A DNA stretch of 64,000 bases. Origin: Ruditapes philippinarum (lineage: Eukaryota). The DNA lies in assembly GCF_026571515.1 (NCBI RefSeq), contig NW_026852366.1, positions 124,001 through 188,000 on the forward strand, given 5' to 3'. Below the pieces are notes generated by a model, which had not been told where the DNA came from, ran no database searches, and was given only the letters and a program-made list of their open reading frames with translations. Positions 49,901-62,814 of the stretch are shown here, in pieces. A program made the position numbers and the translations under genes. Each line of letters opens with the position of its first letter. Position 1 is the first letter of the stretch.

Positions 49901-52900
49901 TTGTTTATTTATTCTGTCTTTAGTAATGATACAAAGAATATACCTTGCAAAATAAGTGAAATAAGCAGAAGTCAATCCAGCCGGTTAATATTCATGCACG
50001 GCTTTAATTACAGACGTGGTTCATGTAAGGTGTTGTTGATTATCTATCTATAGAATGACACTTATACGCGTTTACTACAAAAAGGTTCTGCTGTAAAATG
50101 ATTTTTTAATCTTTTATAAATTCACTCTTTGAAATGATATTTATCCCGTAATAAACATATAAATATATTTTGAACAATATTCAAATATATTTTGAACATT
50201 ATTCAAATATGTTTGAATATTATTCAAATATGTTGTGAATATTATTCAACAAGTGCCCAATCAAAGGCAGCCAATTACAATATGCATGAATATAGATTAA
50301 CACAGTACTATTAATAATCATTTGTAAACACTGGTATATATTTTTATGACAATTAAATCATAATATTTAAAAGAAATGACCTATTCAACAAGCTGATGTA
50401 CAAACAAACAATTATGTTGACGTATTTATCATTCAACCAATGTAAACTGGAAAACCTTAAGGCCTATGTCCTACCTAAAATATGATCATATAAATACAGG
50501 ATAATACTTTAACTTCGGGTTGCATGAACTATCAATCTCTCTAAGAAATTTGCACGGGCCCTCCTAGCTCAAGCGAAGAATGATCACATAAAACAAACAA
50601 ATTTTATGTAAATATAATTATCTATTTACAGATATTAGCCTGTGCACCATCAAACATTGCTGTAGATAATCTTGTAGAGAGACTCGCTCGGAGTAAACAT
50701 AAAATCGTACGTCTAGGTCATCCCGCCAGATTGTTACCACACATACAGAAATATTCACTGGATGCTATCCTGTCTACGAGTGATGAGACCAAACTAGTAG
50801 AGGATGTGAGGAAAGATCTTGATAAAACTTTGGTATGCAATTTTCAAATTTTCATTTGGGTCAAAGATTGTTTCATTTGGGTCAAAGATTATTTCATTTG
50901 GGTTAAAGATTATTTCATTTGGGTAAAAGATTATTTCATTTTGGGTTAAAGATTATTTCATTTGGGTCAAAGATTATTTAAGATGGAAATTTGTGTCCAG
51001 TCTAAGTTTGACAAGGTTAGCTTTTAAAAAGCTAGTAGCGACTCGCTTCGTAATTTTTTTCCAGGGGTGTGTTGAAATGTAAAAATGACAGTTCTGTTAG
51101 CTGAAGAGACTTCAGCGAACATCAAAATAAAAGTGACATATAAAGTAATGGAATCCAGTTCTCTCAGTTTAACAAAGAGGAATATGAGTATATATGAAGA
51201 TGTATGTAAACAGATAGAATGAAGTCCCTATGTCTATGCACATTTACTATATGGCCTGTTGACCTTGACCAAAAAATGTTAGATAGGTAGAATTCATAAA
51301 GATGTCTCTTTATACGAAGTTAAGTTGTAATATGTTATTGGCGTCCGCGCCGAAGCTGGAATGAGTGACAGACACAAGTCCTATACAGGAATATATTACT
51401 GAAGATTTCTCTTGGGTGTGGGCGAATTTAGATTCATGGGGCATGTTTAACATTTGATTTGTACAAGTTCTCAAGGCATTGGTACATATTCAATATTAAA
51501 GCTGGAGGCATTGAAGTTTATATCAATAAGACTTAAACATATTTTCCCTAAGCATTTTAATAAGAATTATGTCCACTTCATCTTGGTATGTGAAACATTT
51601 TAAACAAATGGATATGATGTAGATACATGAACAAAATTTTAAAGTGGTCAACAAGGCAATACCACATGCCAAAAATTTAAGGTTTAGGCATTAATAAGGT
51701 ATAAAGTGTGCGTATGTGTTTTTATATAAGACGAGTCCTTGACCTATGTGTAGAACAATATGAACAACTATGAAAGAGGACTCCTGTAGTGTGGTTAATG
51801 TGCAGTCTTTGGTTTCATAGATATAATTTAAAGAGAAACTAAATTACACATTAGGGACAACAGATGAATAGGGATCCCAATTCCTGTTTATGCTCACCAG
51901 AGCACAACTTGCTCATAGTGAGCATAAAACATGAAAAGGGAATTATATTGTAAGAGGGCTTGGTATAATGATCATCTCCTGTACAAAGATTCAACAACAA
52001 TAATCAACACAAATTTAGTTTATTCCATTCCCTATATATCTAATACTATCCCGGATCCCGGGCGTCCCAGATCCCGGGTTTTTTTCCTCCACCCTAAATA
52101 CCGGAAAGGATAAAATGACCGGAAAAAAAGAAAAAGAAAAAAATGCACAGAACCAGATGTACACTTATGTTAATTAACCAAACGAAAACTAACTACAGAG
52201 AAAACAGGTGAAATTGCTAAATCAAAAGTCAGTGTAAATATGATTTATTGAAAAAAATTCATGAAAACAAACATTTTAATCATCATTATATCTTTGCGCT
52301 CAAAGCAATACTTGCTGCTTTTTAAAAATGGCGTGAAAATTGAAGGTTTTTTGACGCTATGTAAGATTAAATTTGATTGGCTAACTAATTTTGGATTCAA
52401 GCCATGACAGATAAATTTTGTAGAAAGCTGGAAGCCAAGCTTCGATTAAATTTTTGGATGGATTCGGAGTTTTAGGTTGTTTCTCAGTAAAATCGTAACG
52501 TAATACGGGCTCGCCGTGGCCTGACGGCAAAATTTAAGTTTCTGATTGGTAGGTTTCATACACAAACTTGAAATTGGTTTTTCTATTAATAACTGGATCT
52601 CAGATTCATGTTGTAATTAGAATGATTTATAAAAGATAACTGATTTAATTACACAAAAGCTGATAATATAATAAATTAATGTGCATTGACAACCAAAAAG
52701 GGGAAAGAACTTTGATCAGTCAATATTGACTTCAATGTTTGAGTAACTTCCTTCATGTGTTTGAAATATGCTGTGTGATAATTAATTTATTGATTTTTAT
52801 TATATTCTTTTCAGTAATTAGTGAAAAATATTCACAGTATTCAAATTATATTTAAATACTTATGAGAAGAATATCTAAAATTGCCAGAAATATACATAAG

Positions 52901-55900
52901 TAAAATCTTTAAAAAGCACATACAGTAAATTAAATGATGACCATTGTCAAAAACATGTTTAAATGACCTATCACTATTTTTTCACATTTTAATCATTATT
53001 CATTTTATAATATTTTAGTCAGGACTGAAGAAAGCTAGAAATAAAGGTGAAAAACAGAAACTTAGGGAAGAGATGAAATCTTTGCGTAAAGAGTTACGCC
53101 AGCGTGCGGACGCTGCCACTAGAGACATTCTGAAACGAGCAGATGTTGTATTGGTCACCCTAACTAGTGCTACAGATGATGGACCAATGAAATTGCTGGA
53201 AGAAAGTCATTTTGATGTGACAATTATTGATGAAGTGTCACAAGCTATGGAAGCAGCCTGCTGGATCCCGCTTTTAAGAACAAAGAAATGTATTCTAGCT
53301 GGGGACCATCTACAGTTACCTCCTACTATACTCTCAAATGAGTAAGTTATATTTGATGTTGCTCAATAAAATGAAATATGGTTATTCTGAAATCTTGAAT
53401 TTGTGTGCCCCCATTTAGGTCTGTCACACTGTTTTGCTGTCTGTCTGTCACACTGTTTTGCTGTCATGCTCTCCATCTTTAGACTGTCAAAGCAGTTGAA
53501 TGAGGTGGTTTCTGTGTCCCATGAATACATTTCTAATTAAATTATTTCTGACCCACCATTGTATAAAGGAGGAAAAATAATTATGTGGTAATGGTTAGCA
53601 ATTATTGTTTCAATGATAAAGTTTGATGAGTTAAGGGTAGATGTAACTGTTTTTATGATGGGCCAATTTAGGGGCCTAGTGGTTAAGGTCTTTGAATTCA
53701 GACCACTTGCCCCTCTCCACTGTGGATTTAAATCCTGCACTCCACTGTGGATTTAAATCCTGCAAGAGACTTTGTATTCTTTCATGTGAGCTAACTATAT
53801 ATTCAGCCAGTTTATAGAATTACAGTCCTCTACTGTGTTGGTATGACATAAAACCCAACCTAAAACAATTTAAAAGTTATGGGGTAATTGCTTCAGTTCA
53901 ATAAAATTTTTACTCAAGCTCTTATGAGTTGCTTTCAAAATGAAGTTTGTTTGTGTATTAAGGTATGACTAATTTTGAGTCTCATTTTTTCATATAAATA
54001 TTTGTTATTTACATTTATTGCATATATCATTGTTGTAGAGCCGCTAAAGGAGGTCTTGCTGTGACCTTGATGGAACGTGTTCTTGACCTTCATGGTGACA
54101 AGGTCATGAGAATGTTGACAACACAATACAGGATGAATGAGAAGATCATGCAGTGGTCATCAAAAGAATTGTACGAGTCCAAATTGATTGCTCATGATTC
54201 TGTGAAACATCATTTGCTGAGGTAATTAGTTTAATTTAAATAGATAGGGTATCTCTGATATGTTTGGCGGTGGGGGCCAAGGTCAAAGGTAACAAAGACT
54301 AGAAATTTATTGGGGAAGAATGTACTTTACTGGTATGCATGCAAGAAATGAAAAGATGGAGGATAGGTACTCTCATGTACTTAATATGGTTAGTAAATAA
54401 ATACCTTCATGTACTTAATATAGTTAATAAACAAGTACCCTCATGTTTTATTATATTTGAGATCTGAAACTTCTTAATACATTGACATTCTTATTATGAG
54501 AGCACCTACAGTACTTTGATTTTTTTCCTCATACAGGGATTTGCCAGGTATTACTGAAAAAGAGACTAGCTTGCTACCATTATTGTACATAGACACTGCT
54601 GGTTGTGACCTACAGGAACTTGATTTGCCCGAGGAAATCTCTAAAGGAAATGAAGGTACTTTTTGTAAAATAACACCCTTCAGATATAAAGACCTTACAA
54701 GCTATAATTTTTGTCTGGAAGCAATCCTGTGACCTATTTCGCATCATTTCTTCTCATCAGCCAATCAATTTAAAAAGTTTTTATTTTTCCAGGAAAAAAA
54801 CACTTTATTTAATAGTTGTAGCAAGAGTCTCTCTTTTAAGTTTACTCCTAGATGTTTAATGGTTGTGCTTATTACTGGCTGATAAGGCTGAAAATAAATA
54901 AAGTTAGATTGATACTTGACATAATTTTTGTCTGAAATGGTCTGAAAAATATCTTCTGAATGATAACTGGAATGATAGCTGAATATTTAAAGTATAGTAC
55001 ATTATGTACATGTATTTAGTTGGAAATTGTAAGTTATGTCTTTATTATTTGTTGCTTGACAGTTTGTCTTTTTTTGAAATACGGCAAAAATATGAAATTA
55101 CTGGTACTGGCCTTAACTACTAATTCACAAGATTGCTCACTTTTCTAGAGTCTCACCATACAGTATCTAATAATACCATGATTTGTGCTTATGTATATAA
55201 TGCTTTAACTTTGCTGATACTGGTTTGGAACATGGCCATGAAAATAATGCAGAATGTTCCTAAAACATAATAAAATAAGAAATAAACCTATTGATTTTTG
55301 AAATCATCATTGTTTACTACATCTAGTACTCAAAATAGAGAGAACGAGAGAAAACAAATTGTTGAAAGTTTAAGTGAACACGCTTGATTTATGTTTTGTT
55401 AAAACAATCTAAACACAATAACTTGTCAAACTTCCATTTAATTTATCAGGGAAAGGATTTAAGGCAGCAGTTTGGCATTTTCGCAGAGAAATATTTCTGT
55501 AGCAGAAATTGTTGCCTTAGTGCAATTACTGGTTAACTCTGGTTAAATTTAGAAGGACTTAACCCATTACTGCACTAAGATGACAATATTGTCTCTGATG
55601 TTAACAGTAGGGAGAAAAAAGCAATTTTGAAAGCTTGTTGTTATATAGAATATGACATATGAATAGTGTACATGTCTAAAAATACATCACGAAATTGTAT
55701 GCCAAATTAACAACATGCAAAAAATTAAAATAGAAGATAAAATAACAGAAATTCACATCAGCGGAGAGAAAGTGTAAAAATTTAATTAATTATCTACCAG
55801 TTTGAAACACATAAGACTCTTCATCAGCATAGAATATATATAACAATATCTCATGACTAAAGTATTGAAGTTGTGGAAAATGAATGCCACATAATTTTAT

Positions 55901-58900
55901 AAAAGATAGTAACAGAAATTGTTTAAAGGCCCACTATGCCTCAGAAATGCCTTATTAATTTTATTTCTCCACATTTTCTTTTTTTGTATCTTTTTACAAG
56001 TCCAAAACTTCTCATTTGCCATACAGAAGAACCATCTTTTACCTAATCTTTAAGTCTTTTGGCAATTAGAATTATTATAGTGAATTAGTATTTTGCATGG
56101 AAGTACTTTGTTTACCTTTATGACACATTACTGCATGTTCAGCGTTATTTTCTCAGTTTTTAGACGTTTTTATTAAAACATCATAAAACACATGTTTGAC
56201 ATTTCCAACGAATTAAACAGTATGGATATCTGAGGCATATTGTGCTTTTTAAATTATTTCTAAAACTTTAAGTAGTAACATTTTGGCTTTACTGCTTAAA
56301 TTTGACTAAAAAATCCTACAATTGGCTTAAATAATCAAGCTAACTAAATAAATCAAAACATACAAGATTTGATTCAATAGTTGATATTTATTTTGGACAG
56401 GTGAGGCAGATATTGTTGCTGTGCATGTTGAGAAGTTGTTGGCTTGTGGTGTACAGCAGGAAGATATTGCAGTTATTGCCCCTTACAACCTTCAGGTATT
56501 CCAGTTATAGAATTTGATTTCTTTCTATTATTGTCTGATGTTGATTTGGTTTCTTTAGTTTGTTGAGTAGTCTACCTGGTTAGTTGAGAGGTCCTATGTT
56601 TTATTCAGATATGTGAATAACAAAATTGTACTGAAAATGTCTGACACAAGATGGACCTACTGTCCTGTTTTTAGCTCGACTATTCGAAGAATATGAGAGC
56701 TATTGTAGTCGCCCCGGCGTCAGCGTCAGCGTCCGCGTCGGCGTCTGCGTTGGTTAAAGTTTTTTGTAAAGTCAAATATCTCAATTATTACTTGAGATAT
56801 TCAATTGAAACTTACAATACTTATTTATAGTAACAAGGTACATCAGATTGACAAGTTGGATAACTCTGCCTATAATATTGACAGAATTATGCCCCTTTTT
56901 AACTTAGAAATTTTGGTAAAAGTTTTTTCTAAAGTCAAATATCTCAATTATTGCTCGAGATATTCAATTGAAACTTACAATACTTATTTATAGTAACAAG
57001 GTACATCAGATTGACAAGTTGGATAACTCTGCCTACAATATTGACAGAATTATGCCCCTTTTTAACTTAGAAACTTTGGTTAAAGTTTTTTGCAAAGTCA
57101 AATATCTCAATTATTGCTTGAGATATTCAGTTGAAACTTACAATACTTATTTATAGTAACAAGGTACATCAGATTGACAAGTTGGATAACTCTGCCTACA
57201 ATATTGACAGAATTATGCCCCCTTGGAACTTAGAAATTTTGGTTAAAGTTTTTTTGTAAAGTCATTTATGAGATATTCAATTGAAATTTAAAATACTTTT
57301 TTATAGTAACATAATGTACATCAGTTTGCAAAATTGCATAACTCTGCCTGCAATATTTGCAGAATTATTTGCCCCTTTGAAACTTAGAAATTTGGTAAAA
57401 GGTTAAAGGTCTTCAAAGATATTTACTTGAAACTTAACACATGCACTTAGGATCATAATTGGAGGGTCATAATTGAATGTCACTGACCAAGTTCCATAAT
57501 TCTATCTTGCATTAAGGCTGATTCATATCCCCTTTTCTACTTAGTCTCTTGGTTAATGTTTACATGCAAGTTTTACATATCTCAATAACTATTAAAGATA
57601 TTTATTTAAAACTTCACATATGCATTTAGGGTCATAATTGTAGGTCACTGACAAAGATCCATAATTCTATCTTGCATTTAGGCTGATTTTTCTCCCCTTT
57701 TTCAACTTAGAAATTCATGGTAAAGTTTTGCTTGTAAGCTGTTATCTCAGTAACTACTGAAGGGTTTGTACCTTTTTTGGGACAATTTTATGCGTTCATA
57801 ATAATAAAGCAGTGATTTACTTGATAAAACATTTTAATAACAAGCCTTTCTACCTTTTCTGTCAAATTTATGTATTCATAGGTAATTAGTATTGTTATAC
57901 TCAATAAAACACCCTTGTGACATTACCTTCCGAATAGTCAAGCCAATACTGTATAATTAGACTCTCTCTAAGGCCTATAACATGAATTTATAAAAAAAAA
58001 TTAGCCCTTTTGTGAACTTAAAAAATTTAACATTATCAAGGCTCTTTTACTATCAAGCACTTAGAATAGTCGAGCGTGCTGTCCTACCGACAGCTCTTGT
58101 TGTTAAAAAAAACGATTAAAGTTTCAATTAATATATTTATTAAAAAAGATGTACAGATTGTTAAACCTATATTTTACTGTTGATAATATCATTATAGTGC
58201 AATATCTAAACTGAGCTGGTCATCATAATTATGATATCATAAGTATTGACTATATGATGTTTGTTTGAATATTTCAAGATTTCAAGCATACATAGTTATT
58301 CAGGATATTGATGGTTTTCCAAGTAAATTAAATTGGGAATAATAAAAAATATCCATTGTTAATAAAACCAGTTTGGCAGAATTTGTTTGATCCAATGACA
58401 GTTTAATGGTATTGATATTACTTAATGTGTTATAAAAAAGGTTACCAAAAAGTAAATAATTCTCAACTTGTAAAAACTTTCTGATAAAGCCTGAAAGTTG
58501 ATTTTTTTATAAGCATTTCTTCATTGTATTCAGGTAGAACTTGTTAGGCTGAGACTTGCCAGTAAATACCCAAAGATAGAGGTTAAATCTGTGGATGGAT
58601 TTCAAGGCAGAGAGAAGGAAGCTGTTATTATCTCCCTTGTTAGGAGTAATACAAGAGGTTAGTTTTTATTGTTCTAGTACTTATATGTCTTGCCATTGCA
58701 AACTTTTAGACATAATTTTCTCAAATTTTGCAGAATATTTTCTCAGTATTTAGTTAAAGGAGCTATTCCCGGGAAACAAACAAACAAAACTGAGGTCCAT
58801 AAGACTAAAAAAAAAATGTATTCCTCTGTTCCCCTGATTTCATAGTGCCCCAGCTGATATAACTATTATGTTAGAAATTTTAATTTTAGGCTTTTGGACC

Positions 58901-60826
58901 TCAATGAAATTCTTATAATTTTGTTTACATTATGTTTTGATCAATGGTCTAAATAATGATGTCATGTCTATTTATAGGTGAGGTTGGTTTCCTGTCTGAG
59001 AGACGAAGAATCAATGTTGCTGTAACTCGAGCCAGGCGCCATTTAGCAGTTATTGGCGACAGTGAGACAGTATGCAAGGACAATTTCCTTTGCACATTGA
59101 TAGAATATCTTAATCAAGAGGCAGAAGTACAGACAGCACAGCAGTATTTGGATGGTATGTAAAATTGAGCAAACAGTGCAACTACTGTTATACTTTAAAT
59201 CAGCTTTAAAGGTATCAGCATAATTTAAGATTATGAAGAAATATGAAGCGGGTAATTGAAGCAGCAACATACACCTCTCAGATAGTAAATATTATTGGAG
59301 GAGTGGCCAAGTGGTTAAAGTTGTTGACCTTAAAAGCACTAGTCAATCATCACTGTCGGTTTGAATCCCACAAGGGAATTTGGATACTTCCATGTTAGAA
59401 ATCTAGCTTATGGAATGTTTGTGGTTCTATTCAGGGGCTTGCTTGTGCCTGAAATAATGCACTGAAGGGCATCTGATGTCTTCCTCCCAGTAAAGCTAAA
59501 AAGTCGTCATATGACCTTTACAGTGTTGGTGTGATGTAAATCCCAACCAGAAAAGGTATTATGGACTTGCATTTGACAGGTGCATTTCATTGAGCAGATT
59601 TCCCAAATTTCATCTTCAAAGTAATTTTCCTGTGTTGCTGAGTGTTAAAGTTTGATGTCTAACATATAATTTGCTCATCACCACTCTGGGTTTGAAACCC
59701 TTAATTCAGGGACTTTGTATGCTCATTCTTTCATGAGAGTAGACTATCTAGGTAGCATACAAAAGGTCAATGGAAAATGATTCTACTAAGGTACCAACAA
59801 GTGCCTAAAATAATTCATGAAGGGGGCACCAGCTGTCTTTTTCCACCAGTAATGCTGGAAAGTCTCCTTGTTCCATCTAATCTTTGCTGTATTAGTTTGC
59901 TTAAAATCCTACAAAACAAATAAAGAACAATGTAATTGACTGTTCCTGTTTTTCTTTCAGAACTGGAATCCTTATACTTTTCATCAACAGTTATAGTTTT
60001 TTCAGTATCAAATTTTCAGAGAAAGAAATTACTTATATTTGAAGGCATTTCAGAAAAAAAATTGTTTAGTTTTACAAAAACACTCTCAGTCTGAAGTGTT
60101 GACAATATAAATAATTGGAAGATTATTGGGCGTTAAAGGGACCCCACTGAGGTTTTTTGACATAATGGGACTGAAAATATTTTTTCCAGATAAATGTACC
60201 ATTTGATGAAGGGTTTAGACCACTTATCTTTGTGCAAAATTTCAGATTATTCGCGCACTTCTTTTTTCCAGAATAATTATTCAAATTTCCAAAAATGACC
60301 AAAACTTAAAAGCGTTTAAAAGCTTTTCACTCAAATCGGGCTAAGAAAAGCATTAAAAATATGATTTTTAATTTATTTCAAAGTATATTTCTTAACTATC
60401 TTTATGTATATTTCTGTTTAAAGTGCCCCAGCTCATTTATGTAAGAAATTTAAATGTTATGTTTTTATGCTTTTAAACCTCAGTGGAGTCCCTTTAAGAC
60501 CTTGTAAATAACTGTTAAATATGTACATTAATAAGAAAGAAAGTACTTTTTTAGACCCTTAAATTTAATAATTTTCCCCTCTATTTAATACAAAGTTTTT
60601 CCCCTTTGTTTTAGATAAAGTTATTCCCCTTTATTTTAGATGGGGTATTACAGCAATGTGATGTAAGCAGACCAGAGCATCTTGATGATCTAATGGCACT
60701 TTCAAAGAAGCAGGGCTCAGATAAAGGGGCCAGGCCAAAGTCACATAAACAACAAACAAATCCTAAACAGCACTCTGATAGAAATAAAAAAGAATTTCAC
60801 CCACATGAAGCTAATAAAAAATTCAG
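37974..60826 (+). CDS. IGHMBP2: DNA-binding protein SMUBP-2 / IGHMBP2, UPF1-like SF1 helicase (3' end outside the window)
   Basis: Exons 37974-38050 ([25 protein letters not shown]; start codon reads ATT), 47478-47635 ([13 protein letters not shown]), 47975-48176 ([12 protein letters not shown]), 48837-48937, 49609-49769 (GPPGTGKT), 50632-50832 ([12 protein letters not shown]), 53019-53341 ([17 protein letters not shown]), 54039-54221 (QYRMN), 54537-54655, 56401-56495 (IAPYNLQ), 58534-58657 ([11 protein letters not shown]), 58978-59154 ([11 protein letters not shown]), 60640-60826. Phases are consistent throughout. Confidence 0.95.
38508..38652. repeat. Imperfect ~145-bp palindrome
   Basis: Arms gtgtaagttcaatactgaatttattgcac..ttgaataaaattatattat / ataatatcattttattcaa..gtgcaataaattcagtggtgaacttacac around a loop acgagcctctggcgagc. 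Confidence 0.8.
38729..39208 (-). mobile_element. 480-bp TIR element (hAT-like deletion derivative)
   Basis: TIR cagacttcccgaaa / tttcgggaagtctg, flanking direct repeat agtata, subterminal tcggacc repeats and a residual minus-strand frame [15 protein letters not shown]. Confidence 0.75.
40006..41296. mobile_element. ~1.3-kb non-autonomous DNA transposon with repetitive subterminal IRs
   Basis: Left: about 7 copies of gtcaacccggcccca. Right: about 5 inverted copies (ggccgggttgac). AT-rich non-coding interior. Confidence 0.8.
41406..44650. mobile_element. 3.2-kb non-autonomous DNA transposon with 29-bp TIRs
   Basis: ttgcctgctgcacagtaaatgggccaatt / aattggcccatttactttgcagcaggcaa. It splits a sequence that is contiguous at 39700-39750. 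The motif gtaacatccgtcccc occurs 7 times inside; no long ORF. Confidence 0.85.
45152..46733 (+). mobile_element. Helentron/HINE-type element with an internal array of ~8 x 166 bp
   Basis: 5' ttttagctcacctgtcacaaagtgacagggtgagc plus (gtcc)n; 3' caggtgagcgacctcagggccatcatggccctcttgtt; unit marker ttggcccc at 45491, 45657, 45824, 46156 and onward. Confidence 0.85.
47084..47350 (+). mobile_element. tRNA-derived SINE copy
   Basis: Same head, body and A-rich tail as 4750-5030. Confidence 0.8.
48193..48490 (+). mobile_element. Degenerate V-SINE-like element
   Basis: Decayed tRNA-like head; gaggatgggacattaaaaactcaggtc resembles the V domain (from memory); 3' part shared with 1500-1606. Confidence 0.5.
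49417..49550. repeat. 27-bp minisatellite, ~5 copies
   Basis: gggtaccaggacttgactaaacaaaat at 49444, 49471, 49498 and 49525. Confidence 0.9.
50160..50250. repeat. ~22-bp tandem repeat, 4 copies
   Basis: aaatatattttgaacaatattc units. Confidence 0.75.
50850..50980. repeat. 21-bp minisatellite, 6 copies
   Basis: tttcatttgggtcaaagatta units immediately after IGHMBP2 exon 6. Confidence 0.9.
53671..53870 (+). mobile_element. Internally deleted tRNA-derived SINE
   Basis: ggcctagtggttaagg...ccacttgcccctctccactgtgg, with a 25-bp internal duplication and a SINE-type 3' end (ctgtgttggt..gacataaaacccaa). Confidence 0.7.
55927..56248. mobile_element. Older TTAA-flanked MITE (Kolobok-like)
   Basis: ttaa|aggcccactatgcctcaga ... 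tctgaggcatattgtgcttt|ttaa. Confidence 0.6.
56668..58101 (+). mobile_element. Helentron/HINE-type element with a 163-bp internal array
   Basis: 5' ttttagctcgactattcgaagaata plus (ggcgtc)n; 3' gaatagtcgagcgtgctgtcctaccgacagctcttgtt; units at 56805, 56968 and 57131, then degenerate copies. Confidence 0.85.
59297..59552 (+). mobile_element. tRNA-derived SINE copy
   Basis: gtggccaagtggttaaag...gtttgaatcc...gtgcctgaaataatgcac...gtcttcctcccagtaaagct. Confidence 0.8.
59632..59925 (+). mobile_element. Degenerate SINE copy
   Basis: Recognisable body (gggactttg..attctttcatg..gtgcctaaaataat..gggggcacc..ttccaccagtaatgctggaaagtc). Confidence 0.6.
60137..60493. mobile_element. 357-bp TTAA-flanked MITE (Kolobok-like)
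   Basis: ttaa|agggaccccactgaggttt ... aaacctcagtggagtccct|ttaa; AG terminus and TTAA TSD. Confidence 0.8.
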
Positions 60827-62814
60827 GTAATATTTTTATGATTCTTCTAGACTGCTTTTTTAAACAGAAGCACTTTTGTAGTTAAAAGAACATTTGTTTG
60901 TGTATTAACATTTGCAGAAGCACAAGGATGTATTTGAAGCCAAAGTATACAGAGCGAGGGATTTAATAAGTCTGAGTGTTTCTGCAGATGCTTATACAGG
61001 AACAAATGGTGCATTAGTGCTATTCTTGGATAAAAGTATATGTTCTGCATGCCATTATTTTGTTAAGGAATAAAGAAACAGGTTTGGTAATGTTTTTCAT
61101 ATGCAAGTTCAATGTCATCTGACAGTTATGTTTTGATAATGAAACTACCAGGGCCATCATTGCATTAAGCTGTCTTACATGGTGCCTTGGGTTGCGCTTG
61201 TGTGGTTTTATCTGTTAATTCCTGTTTATTTCTTAGTTTATGTATACTTGTGTGCACAGTTTTTATGCAAGAAAATTGTTTAAATTGACAATTGTTTAAT
61301 CTGCCTGTTATTCCACTTGTATGATTTTAAATTCCATCCAGCTTTGGGTTTCAACTATGCAAGAAATGTAGCAATCTTTAATGTGCAACTGTAAAAATAT
61401 TTTGCTAGCTACTTTCAAGAAAGTAGTTCTGTTCTGGAGCTAGCTTTAGCTTGAAATACTGTTCATTAAAAACACTCATATAATCTTAATTATGAAAAAT
61501 ATGTGACTGAAAAATCTAACAATCAAAGAAAATAAAATTCAATGTAAAATAATAGCTAAGATACATATTTAATAATTGTTGAAACCTTACATTTCCAAAC
61601 GTCTGCTTACATTGCTGGTTCTATCCATTTTCCTGCCTAGTCATATCAGCCAAATCTGTTGTCCTTGTACAGTACATATTGATCAAATTTCTACTTTAAA
61701 TATTTACATTATCTACATAATCTGTAGACTATAAATACAATCTTCTCATAATTTTATCATGTCACACAATATTTATAGGCACGTTTTCTCTGAACAGCCT
61801 GAAACCCTTCCAAATTGTTTAAGTTAATATATAAGCAATGACCCTTAAATTGCTTTAATTTGAAAATATGATTCGTGTTCCCTGTCTGATATGAACAGTT
61901 TATATCGATTTCAAACCAAAACAGACTCTGATTTTTATTGTGCTCAGAAATGTTGCCAAGACATTTGTTGTGACATTATTACACCAGGCTGTCTTATGAG
62001 TCAGAAGAAAAAGAAAAACTTATATGTATTGTCTCAACGGTTTTTTGTGCCTGCTTATTTTTTTCAACTACACCACAACCTTTGGACATAGCCATGGGTA
62101 GGCCATACAGAAGTTGACTTGACTCATAAATGGCATTGACCTAACATTTACGTTTTCATTTTGCTAAAATTGGTCATACATGTCCGTTGCTATTTGTTTA
62201 TGGATTTGATTCATACTTGAATACAGCAACATTATCTTGTACAAGTGTATATAAAAAACCAACATGATGAATAATGTAGGCCCTGATCATAAAGGTTAAC
62301 ATATTAAATAAAGATAAATTGCTAAAACTTTGTTTATTTATCTTATAATTTGACTTATACTTGAACAAAACAGTTATTCATGTATAGCTATGACTAAATA
62401 GGCATGTTGAAATATTTAAGTTAAGTCTTTGACTGCAAAAGGCCATGAAGGTGAAGTTTGCTTAAATTGAGATAAGATTGTTATTAATTGACATATGTTT
62501 GATACAATACACTGATATTTTAATAGAAAAACAATAAAGTGACTAAACCACATGTGGAATGATTGAAGTATGACCTAGATCTGTGAATGTCTTAGCTGTT
62601 AAGGTCAAATATAAAATTTTAAATATAGTGATGTTTCCATTTAAAAAGAACCGTCACTAGAATGTTCTTCCTGTGTTGTAGTTTGGAGAAAGACTCTTAA
62701 GGTAGTACACCCCTAATGCACTATCTCCACTTTGAAGAGTACTCAAATAGGCTAGAATCACTGTAAAGTGTATTGAAACGGAGGGGCATGGGTTCAAACC
62801 CCAGAAGGGGCAAC

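Noticed and set aside
52030-52540. Possible Helitron (ctatatatctaatacta start, gccgtggcctgacggc hairpin)
   Set aside because: No CTRR 3' terminus and no second copy in the window to define its boundaries.
56805-57156. Two near-identical 62-aa ORFs
   Set aside because: By-products of the 163-bp tandem unit inside an intron.
49609-59154. Helicase as UPF1, senataxin or a Helitron helicase
   Set aside because: N-terminal motifs ([37 protein letters not shown]) and the exon layout are specific to IGHMBP2.
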